Assembly (NCBI GenBank): GCA_016839745.1
Contig: JAEOTS010000108.1
Span: 1 to 11,179, forward strand
Reading direction: 5' to 3'
DNA from: Promethearchaeota archaeon
GTDB lineage: Archaea; Asgardarchaeota; Lokiarchaeia; Sigyniarchaeales; SOKP01
DNA: 11,179 nucleotides
Both the position numbers and the translations under genes were made by a program. The notes below the pieces were generated by a model. The model saw only the letters and a list, made by a program, of their open reading frames with translations, did no database searches and was not told the DNA's origin. How positions within the stretch are numbered: the first letter of the stretch is position 1; each line of letters opens with the position of its first letter. Positions 1 through 7,047 of the stretch are shown piece by piece.

Positions 1-81
1 ACTAAAGAGAAAATGAATGCAATAAAAGAATCTAAGAGTAAAAGAGATTTGAATGGAGTATCTTTAAACAATGATTTTTAA
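1..81 (+). CDS. 3' end of an upstream CDS (partial, product unknown)
   Basis: Frame 1 is open from the window edge (TKEKMNAIKESKSKRDLNGVSLNNDF) to TAA at 79-81, with purine-rich coding-like composition. Too short to identify. Confidence 0.45.
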   Translation, partial: TKEKMNAIKESKSKRDLNGVSLNNDF

Positions 82-157
82 TTGAATATATACAAAAATA
101 ATAGATGAGTATATCTTTAAAAATCAACTACGATTGAATAATATCAGTGATTAAGTG

Positions 158-1180
158 ATGGAACAAATAATCTCGCGTTGTGGAAACATCTGTTCTGAAT
201 GTCCTTGGTCTATGTTCGTGCGAAAAAAAATCGCTAAAGAAGATTGGGAGGAATATTCTCAGCAGATTAAAACCTACACTGGATATAAACCAGTTAAATT
301 CGAATGGGAGGGTTGTGTAGGATGTCACACCCCTAATGATGAATTACCGAGTCATCCTTTTTTTAACTTCTTGAAGAAATGTCGGACGAGAAAATGTGGG
401 CAGTATAATGAAATTCCGAATTGCGCTTACTGCGGACGATTCCCATGTGCAAATACAGTAGCAAGCGATAAGTTTACAAAAGAAAAAGTTTCAGAAAAAT
501 TAGGAAAAGAAGTTAGCGATGAAGAGTACGAACGATATATCAAAATGTTTGATTCAATGACAAATCTAAACGATATACGGAGTCGGCTGAAAGATACTCA
601 AATAAAGAATCCAAAGCTTGTAACCCATAAAAGGGAAATACCTGAGTTAATGGGAACATTTAAGAACGCTAGTTTCAAGTTTGTCTATGATGTACTACTC
701 GCAATTGCTAACTCAAATTTGGGGATTAAGGGTATTGATACTGTTTCCGGTCTCGAATTATATAAAGAAAGGGAGGAATTCTTTTGGAGGTTTCTTTGGC
801 TTATTGGAATATTTGGCAATGTTAATAAACACGAATTGAACCTCGATAGCGGTACTCTATACGATAATAGAAAACCTATATCTCTCCCAAACAACGAAGA
901 AGGATGGAACATTATTTTTGATATTCTCTCAAAATTTGGAATAGATACGGAGTTAGAGATTAAGACTGACAAGTTATACACGCCTGGTGGTTATATGAGA
1001 GCAAAAATACCCAAAACTAACGAGCCTGCGTATCTCCTAAAAATGAAAACCGACCCAAAACTCCAGAAATACCCCTTTTTTAAGGGATTGAATGAAATGC
1101 TCTTAGAATTACAGAAAAATAGCGAAAAACGAGCATTTTCAAATTTTAAGAAGTTAAATTTTACTTCAATTCTCGAGTAA
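158..1180 (+). CDS. DUF3795-domain Cys-rich (putative metal/Fe-S binding) protein with a long C-terminal extension
   Basis: N-terminal CGNICSECP, CVGC, CRTRKC and CAYCGRFPC motifs match the DUF3795 pattern. ATG at 158 (alternative GTG at 155), TAA at 1178-1180. Confidence 0.75.
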   Translation: MEQIISRCGNICSECPWSMFVRKKIAKEDWEEYSQQIKTYTGYKPVKFEWEGCVGCHTPNDELPSHPFFNFLKKCRTRKCGQYNEIPNCAYCGRFPCANTVASDKFTKEKVSEKLGKEVSDEEYERYIKMFDSMTNLNDIRSRLKDTQIKNPKLVTHKREIPELMGTFKNASFKFVYDVLLAIANSNLGIKGIDTVSGLELYKEREEFFWRFLWLIGIFGNVNKHELNLDSGTLYDNRKPISLPNNEEGWNIIFDILSKFGIDTELEIKTDKLYTPGGYMRAKIPKTNEPAYLLKMKTDPKLQKYPFFKGLNEMLLELQKNSEKRAFSNFKKLNFTSILE

Positions 1181-1226
1181 AAAAAAAGAGTATTTATTGT
1201 AGGTTTAATCCTACAATTAAATTTTT
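1179..1226. terminator. Probable bidirectional terminator between convergent DUF3795 and AOR genes
   Basis: Perfect 8-bp inverted repeat ATTGTAGG (1196-1203) / CCTACAAT (1210-1217). It is followed by a T9 tract on the minus strand (A run 1179-1187) and TTTTT (1222-1226) on the plus strand. Confidence 0.7.
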
Positions 1227-3144
1227 ATTCTATTAAGCGTCCTGCGTTAGCTAATTTTTCAGCTACATCTTTTAACCCTAACTTTTCTAAGGTTTCACGA
1301 GTTTGCCATCCAGTTTCTTTGTCCCAACCATGAAGCTCATAAAATTTATCCAGCATTGCGTTATACTTATTCATATCTAATTTCTCACCTTTATGTGGTC
1401 CTGATTGGATTGGATCTTCGAAAAATCTTCGATGTGGCAAATCATCTTTACGCGTAAATCCCACATGTAGCGTATTAAACGCTTTTTCTAAATTATACGA
1501 TTTCTGACCAAGTAACATGAATTCTTCTTCGTTTAGATTGGTTCCAAGCGCTAAATTGGTTAAATCAACGTAATCAGAGGGTTCAAGCGCATACACACCT
1601 GACCAAGTCCCAACATACACGCATATTCCTATAATATCTTCGATTTCTTTTGAGCGTAATTCCCAGAACACCATTGGAGGTTGGTCTTCGTAGGAAAACG
1701 GATTAAATTTAGCTCCTTTAGGACCAAACGCAATAGGTAAATTGAGGCTACCTCTCATATGGCGTCCTGCTATAGGAGATGTCGCACATGCAAGTGACCA
1801 GCCTTTTGCGAGTCTGTAAGGGTCAAGCGTATCTTGATTTTTTTGGTGGATAGCAAATCGTTCTGATCCTTTTCCAAGTTTCTTTGCTGCCTCGACTACC
1901 CCATCTGCGAGAAAATCTCCAAACCCTTTACGATGAGCGATTTTTTCTTGTAATTCCATCATTGCTTCCGTATTTCCCCAGGTTAATTCGAGTCCATCAG
2001 TATCGTCTTTCGTTAAAAGTCCTTTTTCGTACGCCTCGAACGCCCAAGACATCACGACAGAAGAGTTATCTCCATCCAAACCTAACTGGTTGGCACGAAG
2101 GTGGTATTTTAACGAAGCATCTGGTTCAGTAACATCCATTTTACCTGACCACATTACGGAATTTATCCAATATCCTAGACCCTTAGCACCTTTGTATTTT
2201 CCTTCCCCTATCTCTGAATATGGTTGACACCCGACTGGACAAACATAGCACGCTTGTATTTTTTTGAAGAACCTACCAACGCCATTCTTACCCATCATTT
2301 TGGTTCTTTTTTCGCGAGACCAATGTACATCTTGGGAATTTCTCACGGTGTGCATCATTTCCCAGAGTTCGTCGAATTGTTCAGAATCGTTGTATACAAG
2401 CCCTCCAAGGGTTTTCTTCCTAAAAATCTTAGCTGTAGGGCGTTTCATGATTTTCTGATAAGCCTCATATGCCCGTTCAACAAATTCCTCAGGGAAAGCA
2501 ACCTTTACCTCCTTATGTCCCCGAACAACGATTGCTTTTATTTTCTTGTCTCCCATTATACATCCAACACCTGATCCTCCAGCTGCTCGACCGCAATCTA
2601 CGATGATACCGGATCCATGGACAAGATTTTCACCAGCGGGTCCTATGGAAGCAACCTCGATTTTATTATCGTTATGTTCTTTTTTAAGGAGTTCTTCCGT
2701 TTCAAATGTAGTTTTACCCCATAGATGACTGGCATCCCGGATTTCAGCTTTTCCGTCTTCTATAAAGAGATATAGTGGTTTTTGTGCTTTTCCACTAATT
2801 ACAATTTGATCAAAGCCCGCAAATTTCAATTCAGGACTAAAATGACCCCCACAATTGGAGGATCCTTTGCCATTATTGAAGACATTCAAAGTATCGATAT
2901 TCGTCCGGTTTGAAGCGGGAAGAATCGTTCCAACGAGAGCCCCAGCACCAAAAATAAGATAGTTTTCTGGATCAGACCATTTTGTATTGGTTTCTAACTC
3001 GTTTAAAAGAATCCAACTACTTATAGCTCTTCCTCCTATCCATCTTTCAGCATATTTATTATCTTCTACTTTAACTGTATCGTCGCTTAAGTTTATTCTA
3101 AGTATCTTTCCGGTGATTCCACCACGGATATTAAAGTTGCTCAT
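1225..3144 (-). CDS. aor: Tungsten-dependent aldehyde:ferredoxin oxidoreductase (AOR/WOR) family protein, divergent active site
   Basis: Motifs GKILRINLS, SNCGGHFSPELKFAGFD, SIGPAGENLV, GCIMGDKKIKAI, CYVCPVGC [4Fe-4S], QLGLD, GICVY and FYELHGWD. Start is placed at ATG 3144 (MSNFNIRGG), 1 nt after the upstream stop and preceded by GGAAGGTGA (SD-like). Confidence 0.92.
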   Translation of the reverse strand: MSNFNIRGGITGKILRINLSDDTVKVEDNKYAERWIGGRAISSWILLNELETNTKWSDPENYLIFGAGALVGTILPASNRTNIDTLNVFNNGKGSSNCGGHFSPELKFAGFDQIVISGKAQKPLYLFIEDGKAEIRDASHLWGKTTFETEELLKKEHNDNKIEVASIGPAGENLVHGSGIIVDCGRAAGGSGVGCIMGDKKIKAIVVRGHKEVKVAFPEEFVERAYEAYQKIMKRPTAKIFRKKTLGGLVYNDSEQFDELWEMMHTVRNSQDVHWSREKRTKMMGKNGVGRFFKKIQACYVCPVGCQPYSEIGEGKYKGAKGLGYWINSVMWSGKMDVTEPDASLKYHLRANQLGLDGDNSSVVMSWAFEAYEKGLLTKDDTDGLELTWGNTEAMMELQEKIAHRKGFGDFLADGVVEAAKKLGKGSERFAIHQKNQDTLDPYRLAKGWSLACATSPIAGRHMRGSLNLPIAFGPKGAKFNPFSYEDQPPMVFWELRSKEIEDIIGICVYVGTWSGVYALEPSDYVDLTNLALGTNLNEEEFMLLGQKSYNLEKAFNTLHVGFTRKDDLPHRRFFEDPIQSGPHKGEKLDMNKYNAMLDKFYELHGWDKETGWQTRETLEKLGLKDVAEKLANAGRLIE

Positions 3145-3145
3145 T

Positions 3146-3409
3146 TTAATCTTCACCTTCCTCAATAGTAATTGCATTGTAAAAACAAAACTTCACACAA
3201 AGCGGTTGCTCTTCTCCTTCACATTTATCGCAGGTATTGTTCAAACTCCAACTCCAAATACCGTTTATGTGATCTCTTTCAACAGAAATACTCGAAATTG
3301 ATGGTTGAAACGCTTTTTTATGATGATAAGAGCATATTAGCTCACAAGTTTTACACGCATAACACTTTTCGGGATAATGCTTAATTTTAATATTATTCAT
3401 ATTTTCCAT
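3146..3409 (-). CDS. Small 4Fe-4S dicluster protein, probable electron-transfer partner of the AOR
   Basis: CYACKTCELIC and CDKC-x7-CVKFC motifs plus an FQPSISSISV segment typical of AOR-associated Fe-S subunits. Its stop abuts the AOR start. Alternative ATG at 3400. Confidence 0.85.
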   Translation of the reverse strand: MENMNNIKIKHYPEKCYACKTCELICSYHHKKAFQPSISSISVERDHINGIWSWSLNNTCDKCEGEEQPLCVKFCFYNAITIEEGED

Positions 3410-3470
3410 CCTAATTAGTTTAACCTTATTTCTTCTTTAAAACAAAATATTTTCTTTTTTTTTACAAATT

Positions 3471-4232
3471 TTATATTGCTGTAGTAGATCTCAATAACTT
3501 CTTATTTTCATCTAAATGATGTGAGATCTCTACAATTTTTCTTACTCTACTAATTTCTAAAACGCCATTTTTCCTATCAGATTCACTACAAACGGCACCT
3601 CTGAATCCAGTCACATCAGCCCCTAAATCATTAAGTATGTTTATATCCTCTGGTTTGAGAGACCCGGCTAGAGCAGCTAACAAGTTATATTCGTGAGCTT
3701 TATTCACAAATTTCTTTAATTGTTCAGTATCTATGAAATCGAACAATTTTCGACCATCCTTTGAAAGGGTATCTAACATTGCTACATCGGCTCCAGCTGA
3801 ATTACATATTGCTGGAATATCCATTGCATCAATACCGTTAAACGATTTGAAATCTGCGTAACCCGCTCCAACAACTAAAATGTCTTGGTTAACATCTTTA
3901 GTTGCTTTTACTACACTTTCTAATAATTTTACTCCCTCTTCGAAAGAGCTAGGGCCATAGAGTCCTACTTTTACTATGTCAGCACCGTAAGCTGCCGTAC
4001 CAGAAGCAGCAAGGGCAGCGGTCCCAGGTAAATTTGGCATGTCCCCAATAGCAACGCTCAAAGTAAAATCGTTACCATAATTTCTAATTTTCTTTATCAA
4101 CCAGGGAAAAGAAGCCCCAAGTGAACCTTCACTAGGATTTTTCAGATCGATTATATCAGCTCCTCCTTCAATAGCAGGTATTAATTCCTCAAAGGAACGG
4201 ATACTGATCAAAACTTTCAATTCATACACCAA
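3471..4232 (-). CDS. mfnB: (5-formylfuran-3-yl)methyl phosphate synthase (4-HFC-P synthase, MfnB/DUF556)
   Basis: Family signatures GGADIIDLKNPSEGSLGA, SVAIGDMP, VKVGL, AMLDT, ALAGSL and GFRGAVC, with both Schiff-base lysine positions present. The true start may be TTG at 4220 (MKVLISIRS), which has GGTG upstream. Confidence 0.9.
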   Translation of the reverse strand: MVYELKVLISIRSFEELIPAIEGGADIIDLKNPSEGSLGASFPWLIKKIRNYGNDFTLSVAIGDMPNLPGTAALAASGTAAYGADIVKVGLYGPSSFEEGVKLLESVVKATKDVNQDILVVGAGYADFKSFNGIDAMDIPAICNSAGADVAMLDTLSKDGRKLFDFIDTEQLKKFVNKAHEYNLLAALAGSLKPEDINILNDLGADVTGFRGAVCSESDRKNGVLEISRVRKIVEISHHLDENKKLLRSTTAI

Positions 4233-4262
4233 TGTTTATAAAAAAAAAATAATTTAAAAAAT

Positions 4263-5327
4263 TTAATGAACAGGCACACCTATTCCAGCGCCACCTATAG
4301 GTAGATCTTCTCCAAGGGCTTTTTGCACTAGCATAACTATATAATAAGGTGTCATTTCCATATTTTTAGCTGTATTCCTCATTACGGCGGTACAGATCGG
4401 ACAAAAAGTTATGTAAGCTTCAGCTCCAGCATCCTTAGCATCCTGAAGATTCATTTTTACATAACCCATAGCTCTACTCTTCTGAGTTGGAAAAATACCA
4501 GAACTACAGCACATAGAGTTCTCCTTCTGATATTTTCGATCTACAAGCTCGCAACCAAGTAATTCAAAAGACTGTTCCACCCAATCATAAAAGTTTTCTT
4601 TAAGCTCTCCATGGGGATTATATCTTGAAGTACAAGGTCGTTGATAAGCAATTTTCATATTCAGCGGAGTAATAAGATCTTTATTATCACGGAGCCAATT
4701 TCTAATATATTCCATTATGTGTATAGGTTTAAAAGGAACTTCAATCATCAATGCTAACGCCTCCGAGGTTACAAACCCATAACATGCGTCGTGGTAGAAA
4801 ATTATCTCTTTATAACCTGTGTCAGTAAGGTTTTTAATCATTAAAGGTAGATTATCTAAACATGAATTCGCATCACACATATGAGTTTCAGGTGCTCGAC
4901 AAGCGTAGGATCCCCCCATTATTAAGGAGAGTCCCTCAAATAACTTTCCCTTAAACACTTTATCATATGGAAGTGCATCAGCAAAACCTCCTATAGACAG
5001 TGCAGGTTTACCAGGATCGCCTTTAATAATTTTATCCTCTTTTTTCGCCCACCCTAATGCAGTTTTCTTAGCCTCTTCTGGATAAATATAGAGCCCTGTT
5101 TTTTCTTGCATTTGATTAATCAAATCCCATGGATTTGCTCCTCGTGGACAAAATTCATTACACGCATAGCATGTTACACATTTAGCAAGTATATCCGCGG
5201 GTTGTTGATGAATTAATTTTGCCATATCTGCTTTAGCTTGTTTTTCATCGTAATCAACGAACAAACACCTTGCGAGACATTCTCCATTACATTTTGAGAA
5301 ATCACATCTTCTTAAATCAAATACCAT
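4263..5327 (-). CDS. HdrD/GlpC-like (Fe-S)-binding protein: N-terminal ferredoxin domain plus CCG domains
   Basis: N-terminal CDFSKCNGECLARC and CVTCYACNEFCP. C-terminal CCG domain YQRPC...MCCSSG...FCPIC. The first CCG domain is degenerate (YACR...HDACY). GAGG lies upstream of the ATG. Confidence 0.85.
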   Translation of the reverse strand: MVFDLRRCDFSKCNGECLARCLFVDYDEKQAKADMAKLIHQQPADILAKCVTCYACNEFCPRGANPWDLINQMQEKTGLYIYPEEAKKTALGWAKKEDKIIKGDPGKPALSIGGFADALPYDKVFKGKLFEGLSLIMGGSYACRAPETHMCDANSCLDNLPLMIKNLTDTGYKEIIFYHDACYGFVTSEALALMIEVPFKPIHIMEYIRNWLRDNKDLITPLNMKIAYQRPCTSRYNPHGELKENFYDWVEQSFELLGCELVDRKYQKENSMCCSSGIFPTQKSRAMGYVKMNLQDAKDAGAEAYITFCPICTAVMRNTAKNMEMTPYYIVMLVQKALGEDLPIGGAGIGVPVH

Positions 5328-5378
5328 TTTTCATTTCCTCTTTTATTTTTATTTTAAAATATATTTCTTTTACTAAAT

Positions 5379-5696
5379 TTATTGGAACGGTTTTTTAGTT
5401 TTATACCTTTCAATAGCTTTTTCCACATATGCAGTCATTTGAACAGCTGAGCTTTGACACGCGTCCGCACATTTAGCACATCCAATACAATACTCCGGAG
5501 CAACTAGCCAAGCAGATGGAACTTTTCTGTCAAGACCTAATAATACAATGCCGCCCTGTGGACATGCTTCAACGCAATCACCACACCCATCACACATAAA
5601 GGGCATAAACCACGGCATTTGTTTAGGAGGTTTTTTTGGTTTCTTCTTAGCTTTTACTTTGACTTCCTTTCCTTCTTCAGCTTTAATATCAGTCAT
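5379..5696 (-). CDS. 2x[4Fe-4S] ferredoxin with Lys/Pro-rich N-terminal extension
   Basis: CDGCGDCVEACP and CIGCAKCADAC motifs. Confidence 0.88.
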   Translation of the reverse strand: MTDIKAEEGKEVKVKAKKKPKKPPKQMPWFMPFMCDGCGDCVEACPQGGIVLLGLDRKVPSAWLVAPEYCIGCAKCADACQSSAVQMTAYVEKAIERYKTKKPFQ

Positions 5697-5789
5697 TTTA
5701 TTTGTATTATCTTTTAAATTATATTATCCAATAAAATTTCAATTGTAACTTAAATTCAAAAAAAAAAATATGTTTTATTAATTAGTTTA

Positions 5790-6206
5790 TTATTTTGGTA
5801 CATCGGTCCAGAGACCGTGTTCCCATTCTTCACATTCTTGAGTAGGTTTAACATCAAGTCTTTGTCCCGCATAGCATCCCGGTTTGGTGCAATAAAATTC
5901 AGAGATTTTTACTTTTAAATTGTAAATATCGCCTTCTTTGTGTACGCTACCTTTGCCTTTGAATTGATAACATGCCCGGATACCTCCTGCTCGAGATACT
6001 CCGAATGCTACCCAAGGATTTTCAGATAAAGCCGATTCAATAACGGAATATTCGTCTTGAGACAAAGCAAAGACAGCTTCATCATCAGAAACAGATTTTA
6101 CATTTCTTGACACAGTGACAAATGGGATTCCAGTTTTACTTGCCACGTTTAAATGACAACCAATTTTAACCCAAGCTTTCATTCTATCAGTTAGTTTTAT
6201 AGCCAT
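5790..6206 (-). CDS. Pyridoxamine 5'-phosphate oxidase-like (split beta-barrel, FMN/F420-binding) protein, paralog 2
   Basis: KLTDRMK start, VASKTGIP, LSENPWVAF, YQFKGKG and C-terminal YCTKPGCYAG, all typical of this family. SD GGAGG overlaps the upstream stop. Confidence 0.78.
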   Translation of the reverse strand: MAIKLTDRMKAWVKIGCHLNVASKTGIPFVTVSRNVKSVSDDEAVFALSQDEYSVIESALSENPWVAFGVSRAGGIRACYQFKGKGSVHKEGDIYNLKVKISEFYCTKPGCYAGQRLDVKPTQECEEWEHGLWTDVPK

Positions 6207-6218
6207 TTTATTCCCCTC

Positions 6219-6704
6219 CTATTGTATTTTCTCTCCTACTTTTCCTGTTTCAATAGAATAAATTTCTTCCACATGTAAAACTACGACTCCACGTTGTGCT
6301 GGTTTGGAATAAACGACATCTGGAGGAACTTCGTCTGGAGGTTCTTTATTGTGCCATTCACCCCAACCATCTAAGATTTCTTTGGCTGAAACTCCGTACC
6401 AATCGAAATCTGGAGGAAAACCGTATTCGATATCAACAGCTTTACCTTTAAAGATCCAGTCTCTTCCAGAATCCATTGGATGGCATATTGCTATGCTGCA
6501 TTCGGGATTCTCTTTAATATTCGCTTTAGTTTTAAGTAAGAACATATCTGCAACCAGAAGTTTGTCATCTTTTACTGTATCGATATAACGCATTGCCGCT
6601 ATATTTGGTTTACCATCTAGTGATGATGTTGCCAAATAAATCAAACTGCCTCCTTTACCCGGAACAACTAAACCTTCCTTCATTTCCTTTGTTAGTTTTA
6701 CCAT
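6219..6704 (-). CDS. Pyridoxamine 5'-phosphate oxidase-like (split beta-barrel, FMN/F420-binding) protein, paralog 1
   Basis: LATSSLDGKPN, ADMFLLKTKANIKENP, FKGKA and VEEIYS motifs. Start is placed at ATG 6704 (MVKLTKEMK) with AGGAG upstream. Confidence 0.82.
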   Translation of the reverse strand: MVKLTKEMKEGLVVPGKGGSLIYLATSSLDGKPNIAAMRYIDTVKDDKLLVADMFLLKTKANIKENPECSIAICHPMDSGRDWIFKGKAVDIEYGFPPDFDWYGVSAKEILDGWGEWHNKEPPDEVPPDVVYSKPAQRGVVVLHVEEIYSIETGKVGEKIQ

Positions 6705-6801
6705 TTTTTCTCTCCTATTTTTATAATTAAATATATTTTGAAACAAAAAAAATTAAATATTAATTCAAAATTTTTTGTATGAGATTATCTACATTTTTTC
6801 T

Positions 6802-6817
6802 TTTATAAATTTTACTG
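6802..6817 (-). promoter_or_regulatory. Archaeal-type BRE + TATA promoter for the minus-strand redox cluster
   Basis: The minus strand reads CAGTAAAA-TTTATAAA (purine-rich BRE-like element directly upstream of a TATA box), about 100 nt before ATG 6704. The region is very AT-rich, so a chance match is possible. Confidence 0.5.
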
Positions 6818-7047
6818 TATATATAAAGATTTTAAACTGATAATTTAAATAGGATGATATATAAATTTTTCTCAATCCATATCCAAAAGATTTAATTTAA
6901 AACATTTTTTTAATATTATTAAAAGGCTTGGATGTATCTAATATAAACAGATATTTTTTTAATGAAAATTCTAATAATTTAATTAAAGAGTTTCTACAGA
7001 GTGTTAATGTTAATAAAAAAAAGAAAATTAAGTGTAGTGCATGAAAT

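Noticed and set aside
1225-3144. Assignment as BamB (class II benzoyl-CoA reductase) or GAPOR
   Set aside because: There is no Cys at the BamB W-ligand position and no other bam genes. I see no specific GAPOR signature, so a phylogeny would be needed.
3145-3177. ORF-track N-terminal extension of the AOR (start 3177)
   Set aside because: It overlaps the Fe-S gene. ATG 3144 has an SD-like site and matches the family N-terminus.
1884-3384. Plus-strand ORFs of 60-116 aa opposite the AOR and Fe-S genes
   Set aside because: They are antisense shadows of well-supported genes and have no recognisable motifs.
3471-4232. Calling the locus a methanofuran biosynthesis or methanogenesis operon
   Set aside because: Only mfnB is present. 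No other mfn, fwd, ftr or mcr genes are in the window.
6705-6746. ORF-track N-terminal extension of PNPOx paralog 1
   Set aside because: ATG 6704 has AGGAG upstream and aligns with the start of paralog 2.
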